NCBI GenBank assembly: GCA_000934665.2
Contig: KZ538939.1
Location: forward strand, 1 to 39,462
Source: Catajapyx aquilonaris
Lineage: Eukaryota
Reading direction: 5' to 3'
DNA length: 39,462 nt
In this document: in pieces, positions 24,401 through 35,900 of the stretch
Layout: every line of letters begins with the position of its first letter
Position numbering within the stretch: position 1 is the first letter of the stretch
The notes under the pieces: model-generated
Told to the model about the DNA's origin: nothing
Database searches by the model: none
The model's input: the letters and a program-made list of their open reading frames with translations, nothing else
Position numbers and translations under genes: made by a program

Positions 24401-25822
24401 CAGCATGCAAGAAGTGACACGATGGTGACAAGTCTCCATACTGTTTGACAGGACGTGCGTATGTTTTACTAGCAGCAGCCTTGTGTAAATTGGACTTTAG
24501 ACTTGAACACCACCACCCCCAGCAGTTTATTTTTTTGCTAACCCCTCCGAAAATTCATCCCATCCAAATACAGCGTGATTCTCCCGAATGGAAACCCAAA
24601 CATTCCTCAATAACTTTTTCACTATGGAATGGTTCCTGATGATAATCGACATGTACTTACCTTGTATCATGCCAAACAAGGTCTGACTACAGAATATACC
24701 AAAAGTGGCCCCCTCCAGCATCCAAGAATTTTTTAATGCGAGTCTGCATATTGCCAAAGACTCCTACAGATGAGGCAGCGGGGATGGCATCAATCTCCCG
24801 CCCGCCGCCTGGCGTCAGGCATCTTTGAGAGCATCAATTGTTCGAGGGTTATTTTTGTGTTCACAGCCCTTCAACAAACTCATGAGAAAAAAAAAAAAAA
24901 CTCCCTTCATACCCCAAAACAAATTGGACTGTTCCCATGGCCTTGATGCTCTCAAAGACGTGATACGGCGGGAGATTGATGCCATCCCCGCCACCACATT
25001 AGCAGGAGTCTTAGGCAATATGCAGACTCGCATTTTAAAAAAAATAAAAATAAATGAATCTTGGATGCTGGAGGGGACCACTTTTGGTATATTCTTTAGT
25101 CAGACCTTGTTTGGCATGATACAAGGTAAGTACATGTCACTTTTCATCTGGAACCATATCATAGTTAAAAAGTTATTGAGGAATGTTTGGGTTTCCATTC
25201 ACCCTGTATAATACTATTAAAGTGTACAGTATTTCAGCATGTTGTTGTTCTAAATGCCACCAGGTCAATTTTCATGCAATGTTTTCATTACCTACACATT
25301 GATTGCACAGAAGCGAGTGTAGAATGACATACGAGTCTTGTTGAACTAGTTAATCCCTCACTTCTATTGTACATGATAATATCCCATGATATGGCCTTAT
25401 CGAGTTATCCATTTTTGTATGATCTATCTTTATTTAATGACTGCCCTGTTGACATATTTTGATTGTGGGAGGAAATGGGAGAACCACAAGACAACCCATA
25501 TGGACACACACAGAACCCAATGAAACTCTTTCCACATGAGGAATTCCTCTGTCCAACCCAGGGATCAAAGGGCTGGTTGCATGATTGATGGTAAACCTAG
25601 AACAAGTGGTTGTGCTATGGTATTCACGTAAGGTTAATCACTTGTTCGGGATGTACTATCAGTCATGCAACCAGCCCAGTTTACCTTTGTCCTCACAAGA
25701 AAATAAGAAATAAGTTATTGCAATTTCCTTGTGGCATAACTTTCCATCTATTTTGCATCTTTCCAGAAGAAGTTCCACTGAATCTGTCCAAGAATGGGAG
25801 TAGAAGAGAAGACTCATTATAG
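17328..25822 (+). CDS. H: Hairless, Notch-pathway Su(H)/CSL co-repressor adaptor, ~531 aa; exons 17328-17670, 20159-20434, 21897-22817, 25767-25822
   Basis: Spliced frame gives the Su(H)-binding domain GGRLKFFMDGKIILELSHNRQGERAGWVPV, conserved DDSSVRSSPWQRERRWKQ, Groucho-binding HSIHTLLG and CtBP-binding PLNLSK; all three introns GT-AG and phase 1; start codon uncertain. Confidence 0.95.
17836..17928. mobile_element. Short PIF/Harbinger-like palindromic MITE
   Basis: taaggcggctacacacaggcagttgc / gcaacctgcccgtgtgaagccaccttta with TAA/TTA flanks. Confidence 0.6.
18346..18407. repeat. 19-bp tandem repeat x3.3 (gtgaggtgcacttctccca)
   Basis: Three identical copies plus a partial. Confidence 0.9.
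20495..20897. mobile_element. Tc1/mariner-pogo type MITE, TA TSD
   Basis: TA-cagtaccctaaattaatggct...agccattaatgcagggtactg-TA. Confidence 0.8.
21378..21444. repeat. (ATT)n microsatellite, ~22 units
   Basis: Direct inspection. Confidence 0.95.
23154..23308. mobile_element. TA-flanked MITE with ~37-bp TIRs
   Basis: cagtgttggacattaatcgagtcatactgctagcgaca / tgtcgctagcagtatgactcgattaatgcccaacactg. Confidence 0.85.
23591..23754. mobile_element. pogo/Tigger-like MITE, TA TSD
   Basis: TA-cagtaaaacctc...gaggttttactg-TA. Confidence 0.85.
24571..25206. mobile_element. Tc1/mariner-superfamily fold-back element with ~250-bp inverted arms
   Basis: TA-cagcgtg...caccctg-TA; both arms carry a transposase C-terminal relic (PRTIDALKD.IRREIDAIP..TLAGVLGNMQTR). 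Confidence 0.85.
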
Positions 25823-26295
25823 GGGAATTGCAAGGCGGATGTCACGGTGACAAGTGACTCATCAACAAGTGACAAGTGTGGACTGAGTGGGAATTTCACC
25901 AGTACCACATAATCTTCTCAAGTGCCAAGTGTTATTTTTTTCCCCCACCCTCTATCTGGGCAAGTGCTGGATATACAGACAATACGCTCACCCTTACAGG
26001 CTTTGCATTTCCTTTACATATGCATGTGTATCAGTGAGGATTTTTTAATATACCAAGAGAAGGGGAGTGGAGATCTGCGGAAAAAAAAAGAAAGTATGTA
26101 ATGAACTCGGTGGCCCACCTATTTAATTATGTATATCCTCTCTTTATTCAGTGATGGATTTAAAGGAGAGAAAAAAGAAAAAAAATAAGAGTGGGACATC
26201 CACCCCTCTTAAAACTATTTCTAGTTTGATAAAAATCCAGAGTTTTCATAAATCCCTGTCTCCTTTATTTCATACCCTGATGTCTCATTTGACTT

Positions 26296-29200
26296 TTACT
26301 TAAGTCCACCATGGGGGTGAAAACCACGTCGCTGTCTCGCCTTTGGTCGCCACCAGGTGCCTTTCTTGACGACCTTAACTTCAAGAGTATCCTCATCAAA
26401 GTACTGATTGCAGCGCTTCCAATCACGCCGGAGTTTTGGATCTTTTTTGCTGGTGTCAGGTGTGAGGTTCATCATGAGGCCTGCCTTCTGGGCCATGGCA
26501 ACCATTCTCTGCACACGTTTTTGCTGGCGCCTGCAAAGGCCAGTGATGCGGCGAGGAAGCATGCACCCATCCGTCCGCACAAATTGACTCAGGATCAGAA
26601 CATCCTGGAAAGTGAAAGAAAGTATATACTGTATTACCTCACTTAAAGCTGCAATAACCGAGGTAGATTTCCATAATCTTTTCCTTGTTAAATATTTTAG
26701 AATGTATTTCTTAGGTCGTATTAAAATAATGTTATGGTGACTAATGGACGAGTACAGGGCTGTGAGAATATGCAAGCTCCTCTGTTGCACAGTGCATCGA
26801 GTGTGACCAATCCCATATTCAGCCTGCTCCGAGATGGGAACCCTCCTACTCCATCACAAAGAATCAAGGCAAACTCCTTAAGTCCTTCATTTTGCTCAAT
26901 ACCTGGTCGCAGTTTTCACTGGTTCAATACTTCAGGCACTCTGGTATAGGCAGTTAATACGAATTACATTGTAATTATATTACTAATACTAATAAAGGGT
27001 TAATTAAGTGAAAACCTCGCCTCACACCAGCATACCTCACTTACACCAGCATGCCGGTCTAGCCACCAGATCATGCATTTCTAAAAACTGGTCGACCTCG
27101 ACTATACCGGCATGCACCTTCAAGTCAGGTAATATTCAAGATTATAATTATATTCATCCTACTTGAGGACCTATTTTACATTCTACAGCATGTTCCAGTA
27201 GAACTGTAGGTTAAGAAATATCACTTGTCATTATAACACTAATAAGACGCTGCATGGTAGGCCAGTGGCCTCGCAAGGGATTGACATGCAGTACTTGATC
27301 CAAAACAAGTCGAAAATGTAGAGGGAAGACATGTCAAGGGACCAACCGGTGATGAATTAGATGGCCAGAAACATGGCCTGACCATCAACACATGGAGCAA
27401 TACATCTGACGCCTCTTTGTAGGGAGATCCCCTGGCAGATGGACTTGCACGCCTTACAGTGGTTGCCTAGGGAGCAGGATATGGACATGATAATCACGTC
27501 TGCGAAAGAGGTGATCTCACTACAAAGAGGCATCGTATGTGTTGCTGCATGTGTCGAAGGTCAGGCCAATGACTCGGGTCATCTAACTCGTCACAAGTTG
27601 GTCCCTCGACATTTCTCCCCCCTACATTTTTGACTTGTTTGGGTCAACAAGTACGCTGACTGCCAGTTGACCTTCTAGTAAGATGCACCATACACTGCTG
27701 TATTGTTAATCTCTGACCTCCCCGAAGTATACAACTGCTGTTACACTACTTGTTCTGCAATTCTTGACAATGATAGGAAAGGAACCCTCAGAACCTGATT
27801 ACCCTCAACCTGTAACCTCCCATTAAGCGTGTGTTAAATGTTTCAAATTCTCACAATCAGCATTAAAAACAGCAATATTATTACTGTCTGTGGGAAATTT
27901 TTGAAACATTTGGAACCCTTCTCATTCGAACTTCTTACATTTCACTTTTGTCTCCTTTTACATTGGTTCACATTACGTCGCTGTGTTGCTGGAACCAATT
28001 ACCAGCGTAAAATGGGTGCTTCTTGTAACTGCATTTTTAAAAATATATCTCTGGATAAATCCCACTTCAGGTACCTATTTTGCAATTCTATCTTTCACAT
28101 TTCCAAGTCATTCAATAACACAACTTGTCCACCAAAAATCTTGATTGCAAAGTAATACACTCTTCTGGCATGCTTCTTACCTACAAAGTAGTATCAGATC
28201 AGAATTCACTGATTACTTGGCTACCTTGGAAGTAATGAGATGCGCTTGTAGGTGTAACAGCACACAATCCTAATGGGTTTGTTTGCCAAGTGGCATTGTC
28301 CTGTGTACATCAGAACTTGTATCACATTCAATTCTGTAACATGCATTAGGTCTTTTTGGCTATCCTGTGATGCTGACAAAAGCAAGCACTGTGGATGGAT
28401 CACAGGTGATAATAGTTAGCCGGCCTTGGTGGACTAGTGGTTAGCGCGCTCGCCTCTGGTCCCAAGGTTGTGGGTTCGAACCCGGCCAAGGTCGGTGACT
28501 TTTCTCCGGGTGGTAGAAAAGTGAGAGTGCGCCTTCCTTCGGAGGGGAAGTAAAGCTGTCGGTCCCGTGTGCTTGTGACATTGCGCGAGTGCACGTTAAA
28601 GATCCCCAGAGTGGCCAAATTTGCAGGAGGAGGACCACCCCCTGGCGTCGGTGTTGAGCCTTAGAGGCAGAAATAGGCCGACGTTAAGCCCCACTGAACA
28701 CAGGTGATAATAGTTGGTTTTTCCACTGTGAAAATTGCTGTGACAACTTTCATCACTATTATGAAATTTTTTACGGTTACTCAAAGCTCTTGGACACATC
28801 GAGGTGCCACCATTTCTGGTTGGGTGTCAGGAGCCACGGTGCATGTTCACTTATGCACCACCATTTTGCGATCACCAAGAAAACGTAACAGGTGTTCACA
28901 AAATTGCGTGGGATACACATTCAGACATACCCAGGACGATACCACTTGGCAAACTGACTCATTAGGATTGTGTGCAGTTACACCTACACGCATGGCTCGG
29001 TACTTCTCAAGGTAGCCAAGTAATCGGTGCGTTCCAAGAACTTGTTGATCCAAGGGGTATCTTATTTGACAGTACTACTCTTTGTTTCGAAAATCCAATT
29101 TAAAATTAAAATTCACTTGTGGCAAGGGCAGCTCACTGCATGGCCTCATACATACCACATTTTAGTGCAGATACACAGATAATTGCAATGGGTGCAGAGG

Positions 29201-29608
29201 TATTTAACCCACTTGCCCAGAAGTATTGTGAACATTTGGATTTATCTCTAGCTAAAATAACTAGTAGCCAATCTTCCCTGCACTAAATTACCGTATGTTT
29301 CACATCCAGGTTTAGCCGGCAGAGAGGGCAGGCACCATCATCGTGTGCAGTCTTAACCATGAACTCCTCTCGTGGAGATGACACCATCAGGCCCTTCACT
29401 TGGATGGCATCCCCATCTTCCTTGATCACAACTGTAACAAACACACAATTACAACAACCCAAAACAATTACCAACTCTGACAATACCCACTCTCTTTGAG
29501 GCGTTGGGTGGCCGAGAGGCTCAGTAGGCCTACCGGAGGCTGTCGCCAAACCTGCGCCAAAGTAGCCAGCGGCCTTCCTGACTGCCACAATTTCCTCACC
29601 ACTTGCAT
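26296..29608 (-). CDS. mRpS18A: Mitochondrial ribosomal protein S18A (mL66), 188 aa; exons 29608-29491, 29431-29292, 26604-26296
   Basis: Arg-rich, acid-free targeting peptide MQVVRKLWQSGRPLATLAQVWRQ; CPLCRLNLDVKHT|DVLILSQFVRTDGCMLPRRITGLCRRQQKR..MAQKAGL S18 domain; phase-compatible GT-AG introns; minus-strand AATAAA at 26269-26264. Confidence 0.95.
27291..27655. mobile_element. Palindromic MITE, same family as 38358-38714
   Basis: Inverted arms aaaatgtagagggaagacatgtcaagggaccaac / gttggtccctcgacatttctcccccctacatttt; shared core gtggttgcctagggagcaggatatg. Confidence 0.7.
28418..28698 (+). mobile_element. tRNA-derived SINE (family 3) with Deu/Nin-like central domain, in mRpS18A intron
   Basis: A box tggactagtgg, B box gttcgaaccc; perfect 17-bp TSD cacaggtgataatagtt at 28401-28417 and 28699-28715. 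Confidence 0.9.
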
Positions 29609-31370
29609 ACTTCGATTCTGGACAACCTAGGAGCGGCTGGATGTGGGCTGGATATTCCAGCTTCCATTCATACGGGCACAGCCACGCGTGAGAGTAGGAA
29701 CCGTGGTACAGTAACCGTGGTCTGAAAAATTTAGTAGATAGTGTAACTTTCCCCCGCCGCTGTTTACAGCACCACAGGTATTCTTAATATATTTTAAATA
29801 TTATCTATTGTTAAATATATCATGGACTGTCGCGGGCTGTTGTAAGTACATTTACTTAGCATTCTACAAAAAAAACATCGTTATCCTTTATTAATAGAGG
29901 GCGCCGAGGATGCTACACCTAATCGGACCCAATGACCGTGGACCCAATGAACGATGGCAGGAGGGAATTAAAATTTCTGAGCGGGAGATTCAGCGGACCT
30001 AGCGAAAACCATGCCCTGACGCAGGGCCGGATTTATAGGGGGGCATAGGGGGCAAGTGCCCTATGGCAAAAAGTTTAATATGCTTTATTTTATTATTTAA
30101 AATAAAAAATTTACTGACGAACCTCCAGCTCCAGGCTGAAATGCTTCATCGTAATAAGCAATTCCTCATCGACAAAGGGAGTCAATTATTAAAGTGTCGG
30201 GAGCACCCGCTTTCCCATGGTCGTGAATGATCCTTAGTGGCGAAATGTTTGAAATAGCCGGAAATAGCATTAAAAATTAGAAGCTCTTGGTACATTAAAT
30301 AGAAGTTTAAAGAGAGCAGCCTGGCATTGCTAAACACCCTCTCCCCTTATCAGGGTGCTAAACCGTCTTAAGACATCATGTACGTACTTAACCATAAGGG
30401 CACAAGCATACCTAAGTCAACATGTCAACCGCATTGCAACGCGGGGTCCCAAATTCTGTGAATGCAAATATGTCTCAAAGTAATACTGACCAGTAGGTGA
30501 AAAAGAAAAGGGAGACAGAGGGGGTCTGAGGGACCCCCTGGGTCAAAAGAAAATGCCAGAGAAGAAAACGGTTAAAAGAAAACACAAGACGACCACAACA
30601 AAACAAGCAGTCGGTGTCGTAAACGACCCAACCTGAGAGGCCACGGCCCCCAGGGAGACCAAGCAGGCGCAGGGCGCGGCCCACAAGGAACCCCGGGGGC
30701 GGCACCCAAACTAAAAGGATAAAAACTCTAAAACCTAATCCTCCACACTCCGTGCCCCGGGCCTCCACACTCACTTCAACTAATTCAGCAGCCTGTGGAA
30801 GGTGGTGTCTAAAGGCTGGCAAAGGGACCCAGTTTTCTGAAATCATCACAGTTGTAAAAGGTGGCATATTGTTCCCTACCTGGAAACACTATTAAATAGA
30901 TTTCCATATTTATTTGGCCACTTCAAGAGTAGGCATTTACAGATTATACATCAACTCCCATTTGCCTGTTAATGACACACCAGCCCCTGGAACTTGAATT
31001 GCTCACAACTCCCAAACTAAGGCTCATTTTAATATACTGTGGTTAGTTGGAACTTTTCTCATGAATAACAATATTTCCTATTGAATGAAACAGGCCTTTA
31101 TAAATCAGGCTCAAGCAGTGCACACCCTTCCCTTGTAGGGGTTAAGACTGTCAGTTACATAGTTTGACCCATTGGCCCCTGAGGTCAATGAAGTTCCTTT
31201 TTTGCCAACTAGATTCAAAGTTTTTGTTAAAAAGATGTTGCTATTCTACCAAGTAATATTGGCTGGTAGATTTTTAATCCTTATTTTTTGGCAATGCACG
31301 GATAATCCGCACCCGTATAATCCAGAGTACAGTGTATAATATGATGTTTCTTGGACATGAGGAGATGATA

Positions 31371-31376
<6 letters not shown>

Positions 31377-31431
<55 letters not shown>

Positions 31432-31750
31432 TTGCATTACCCCATTGGGAGTTACATTTCCTTTAGGGGGGTGGAAATACCACCATTTGGGTGGAACCGG
31501 TATACTAAGATAGTATTTAGTGTGTTCCAAGGGTAGGTAGGAGGGGATGTGCAAAGTGCGTGTGCAATGTCGTTGATGTGCCGTTTTGTGAACTCCCCCG
31601 GGTGGCATATGTGAAAGGATCGCCACCCGAAACGAAGCCAGAGACGGTCTCACTCTGCACGAAAGAAGGTGGGAACCCCGGGTGGGGATTGAACCCGGGA
31701 CCTTAACTTCCGTGGGCGCACGCGTTACCGCGGCGCCACTCCGTCTCCCT
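31377..31750 (-). mobile_element. tRNA-derived SINE (family 2) with (TA)n tail
   Basis: Minus-strand A box tggcgccgcgg and B box ggttcaatcc; (AT)n at ~31373-31427; TSD gatgatatgatat at 31364-31376 and 31751-31763. Confidence 0.85.
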
Positions 31751-32404
31751 GATGATATGATATTAGTCCTATCTACCCATGCTGTGATTTGGGATAATAA
31801 CTCAGATTATCGGGTCAGGTTTCTTGCTCCAATGGATGTGACCATGTAGTCCTGCAGGGTGGGTAGAACTAAATGTAAGTACTGCAAGTGAATCAATGTG
31901 CATGGTTAAATGTTCATGCAGAAGAATATAACATGTGATATCCAGAACCACCTATCTACTATCAAATTCACCATTTCTTGGGTTTCAAAACAGGTGGCAA
32001 GTTCACATTTTGAAGATTCTATGCTTCTAGTAAGGTTTGGTCCATCCCCTATGGATAGGACATATTAGAAGGAGTGGCCAAGTTGTCCCATGTGGATGGC
32101 GATGGCCAGGTTCACCCATTCCAATATTTTCCTGCCAAGAGCAATGCATATGTAATGGGAAAATTAGATAGCCAAGTCCACCCCAACTAGTGGGGTGGAC
32201 TTGGCCGTGACATCATAAATTTTCCTACACAGCATTGTGCACAGAAAGAAGTTATTTATACATGCCCTTTTGGCCTAATTAAAAATTTCACAGTTGTGGG
32301 TTAATATCTTCACACTTATATCTTCGTAAAACAGAAATTTTGGACCAAGTTCACCGGTTTAACAGTAATGAATAAACTATCAGCTCTATGCTGGTAAGGG
32401 CAAT

Positions 32405-32760
32405 TTTATTTAGCTGAATTGGTACTTCATTATTAATGCACATGATATAAAGAAAAGAATTTTACAGAAATAAATACACAAAAAAGTATCTTCATATACA
32501 TGATTTTTGTTTCTCCCTTCCCTCTTGATGCTAATAATTTTCTTCACAAAGAATGAACTTCTCTAATGTTTACACTGCCAGTTGGACATACAACTGATCA
32601 GCCATCTTCCTGAAGCTCTCTTCATTGTCCTTAGTCTTCGTTTGCTTCTTTTTCTTAACGTTTTGTCTTTTATGGGCCCTCTTCTTTCTCAATGCTCAAC
32701 TTGCTCAAACACGACCTTTATTCTTGACCCTCTTGGCCTTACATGTGGGTGTCTGGCAGG
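32405..32760 (-). pseudogene. Decayed tandem duplicate of the Sororin-like last exon and proximal 3' UTR
   Basis: Aligns with ~32785-33165; reads PARHPHVRP...KKKKQTKTKDNEESFRKMADQLYVQLAV*TLEKFILCEENY* with frameshifts and stops; no AG acceptor. Confidence 0.85.
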
Positions 32761-32907
32761 TCATCAAACTTGTAAGGCACTTATATTTAATTGAACTGGT
32801 ACATCATTTAATGCTCATGGTATGAAGAAGACAAGGATGTTATAGAAAAAATAAACAAAAAAATCTCGGCATATACATGATTTTTGTTTGGCTCTTCCCT
32901 CCTAATG

Positions 32908-35900
32908 TTACCCCTTTTCTTCACATAGCTTGAACTTCTCGAATGTTTCCACTTCAAGCTGGGTGTACAACTGATCAGCCATTTTCTTGAAGGCTGCGTC
33001 TTCATCTTCCTTAGCCTTGGCTGGCTTCTTTTTCTTAGCCTTTTTCTTAGGTGGAGCCTCCTCCTTCTCTACATCAGATTCCCACTCTTCACCACACTCA
33101 ACTTGGTCAAACACAACCTTCTTCCTGACCCTCTTACTTGGCCTTTCATATGAGCGTCTGGCAGGCTGGAAAAATATCAGGCGGCATGTAAAAAATTATT
33201 GGAATTGAGGTGTTTTTCACCTGTCATTACAAATGCCATTTCAGTGCACTAGGCATGATTCTCTTCAATAATTCTACTGAGATATACATTTTGGCATATT
33301 CAGTCTTTTTTTTTTTTTGGCTGAACTCACTTTTTTTTTTTTTTACGTTACCCCTTGCTAGGGCCATGGGTCCTTATAGGGGGGTGGGATACCACCATTT
33401 TCTTCAATTTTCTATTTTTTTTTTCTTCTTCACTCCCGGTGCAAGGATGAAAGGACATGGGGAAGGGATAGGGGATTTTTGGGGAGGGAACATGAGTGCA
33501 AGGTGCACGTCTGAAAACGGGTCATGTGCTGTCCCCCAGGAGGTTAGGTTGCCAGACACCTCCTTGGTGCAGGTCAGAGACCCTCCCGACGCAGGTGAAA
33601 GGAAAGTTCCCCAGGCGGGGATCGAACCTGGGGCCTTTCACACAGCAAGCCGTGACGTTACCATCACGGCCACCACACCTCCCCGGCTGAACTCACTTTA
33701 AAAGTACTAGTGTTTTTTATACTGAGGGTGGCGGGAGAAGGACTAGCTCTGTGGGACCGGAAAATATGTACCCCCGCGAGCATAAAGATGGAGACGGCAG
33801 GCCCTTTTTTGACCTTTTTTTATCCGACTCAAATTAATGAACTCTTTTTGGACCGAGTTAGCTGCTTCAGGCGTGTGTTCGTGTACTTATGTCAGTATAT
33901 TTGATACCGTAATAGCTGAGACTGGCAGAGCAGCCTGCCGAAGGTGAAGGCTTGCCGTCTCCATCTTTATGCTCGCGGGGGTACATATTTTTATATTGGG
34001 GTGTACCCATGGATGGAATGTCTGGGCTCGATCTCAAGAGCCATCTCTGGCTTTGCCTCATGTGCAACTTCTGCTAGACTACCCACCCAGGGGATTGCAT
34101 AATATGACTGAGGCCCACACTGTACTTGCACCTTGNNNNNNNNNNNCCCCCCCCGCAACCTACCTTGCCCATCTAAAAGGGGGTTCAAGATCCGTGTGAT
34201 ACTTGCATGAGGTCTGCACTACTCAAAATATTATAATACTGATGGTAGGGATTTTAAAATGCTTTAGGTTTTCTTCTAGTCAAACACAGCCTAGCTCGGC
34301 CAGACAGTTAGGCATGTTCCTGTCCCCGTGGAATAAAATTCCATCACCACTTTGTCAATCTCATTCCCTGCTTCACATACCCAGTGTGGGTAGGTACAGC
34401 TTACAATTGATGGTCTGACTCTGCAATTTGGAATAATCCACTTCTTGCTTACTATACCACAACTATGTAGATGTCTTGTTAAATTGCATGTCATATTATA
34501 TTATTTCCACCTGTACATGTACAGGAGGTTGCACTTGAGGAGCAGGGGGTGAATACAATAACAGGTGCAAATAAGATGCATGGTGCAAGTTGCTGATAGC
34601 AATGATAATAAAGGACATGGGACGAATCTTATGGAAAAAGTTGAGCCAGTTAGATTCGGCTGAAACTTGGTCAGTTGATACATCTTGACCTCAGGGTCAA
34701 TTGTCTGAAGGCTGAAGAAAATCTACCGTGCCGTTTGCTCGCTAGAGGCGCGCAAAGTCGTAATTTCAGTTGTCTCCTATCGGGCTCATTTTTATGTATG
34801 TTGTAGAGGTTCATGAGCTGAGTCGAATGAGCTATGTGGAGATTTTCTGTGAAAAACCATTTGGCCTCGACACACGCAATCAAGTTCAACGTCGGACATT
34901 ACTTGTAGTCTGTAGTGGGATCATAAGTGGGATTAGAAGTGGCCCTATCATGGGGTAACATTAAAAAAAATAAAAAAAAGTGGGATTATAAGTGCAACAT
35001 AACAATAACTGCCAAATGGTTTGTCACAGAAAATCGCCACATGGCTCATTCGACTCAGCTCATGAAACTCTACAACATACACGAAAATGAGCCCGATAGG
35101 AGACAACTGAAATTACGACTTTGCGCGCCTCTAGCGGGCAAACAGCACAGTAGATTTTCTTCGGCCTTCAGAACAATTGACCCTGAGGTCAAGATGTATG
35201 AACTGACCAAATTTCAGCCAAATCCAACTGGCTCAACTTTTCCCATAAGATTCGTCCCATGTGCTTTCATTCAACTTGTGTTACACATCTTATATGCACC
35301 AGTTACTGATTTCAGCCCCAGCTATTATCACCACTCACTTTACCCAACCAAACTGACCCTGTTTAGTCAATCTTTTATTCTCTTTGTGTGTCAATCTACA
35401 GCTCAGGTGCCTCATGCTGGATTGCAGTGAGAATTCTGACCAACGAGATCAATCCCTCCCGATTTGTCGGCTCAAGACCATGACACAGCGGCAAAAATTT
35501 AGTATAGAAACAGCCCTTCTTTGGAGCTGTGCTGTTTGTTCGCAGCGGTTCTCAAACTTCTTGGGCCGCGGAACCCTATTTACCTCATAATTCTTTCGAG
35601 GAAACCCTGAACACTTATCTTAACTCATAATTTATGCTAGGAATACCTATAAGTATTTTTGTTGTTAAATGGTAGGGCAAGGTTATGTTAAAATTTTTTT
35701 TTTCAAGGCAATGATGCAATTGTTTTTTAGGTACAAAATTTTATTTTTTATATTAATTTTTCCAAATCTTTTGCGGAACCCCTACGCTGGTGTCACGGAA
35801 CCCTAGGGTTCCGCGGAACACAGTTTGAGAACCACTGGTTTAGGGCACAACAGAGGGGAAACGTTGGCATCACTCTGGACAATTTATGGCAAGCATTCTC

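Noticed and set aside
25820..25912. Stop-codon readthrough of Hairless
   Set aside because: TAG-G is not a leaky context, and ~30 open codons can occur by chance
28418..28492. tRNA gene (also ~13435-13514, ~31670-31750, ~33610-33684)
   Set aside because: Each is the head of a longer TSD-flanked element, so they are SINEs rather than tRNAs
30475..30867. 130-aa minus-strand ORF after an acceptor-like site
   Set aside because: Low-complexity, no recognisable homology, and not joinable to neighbouring genes in frame
34671..35430. Two similar ORFs on opposite strands
   Set aside because: Artefact of the fold-back MITE arms
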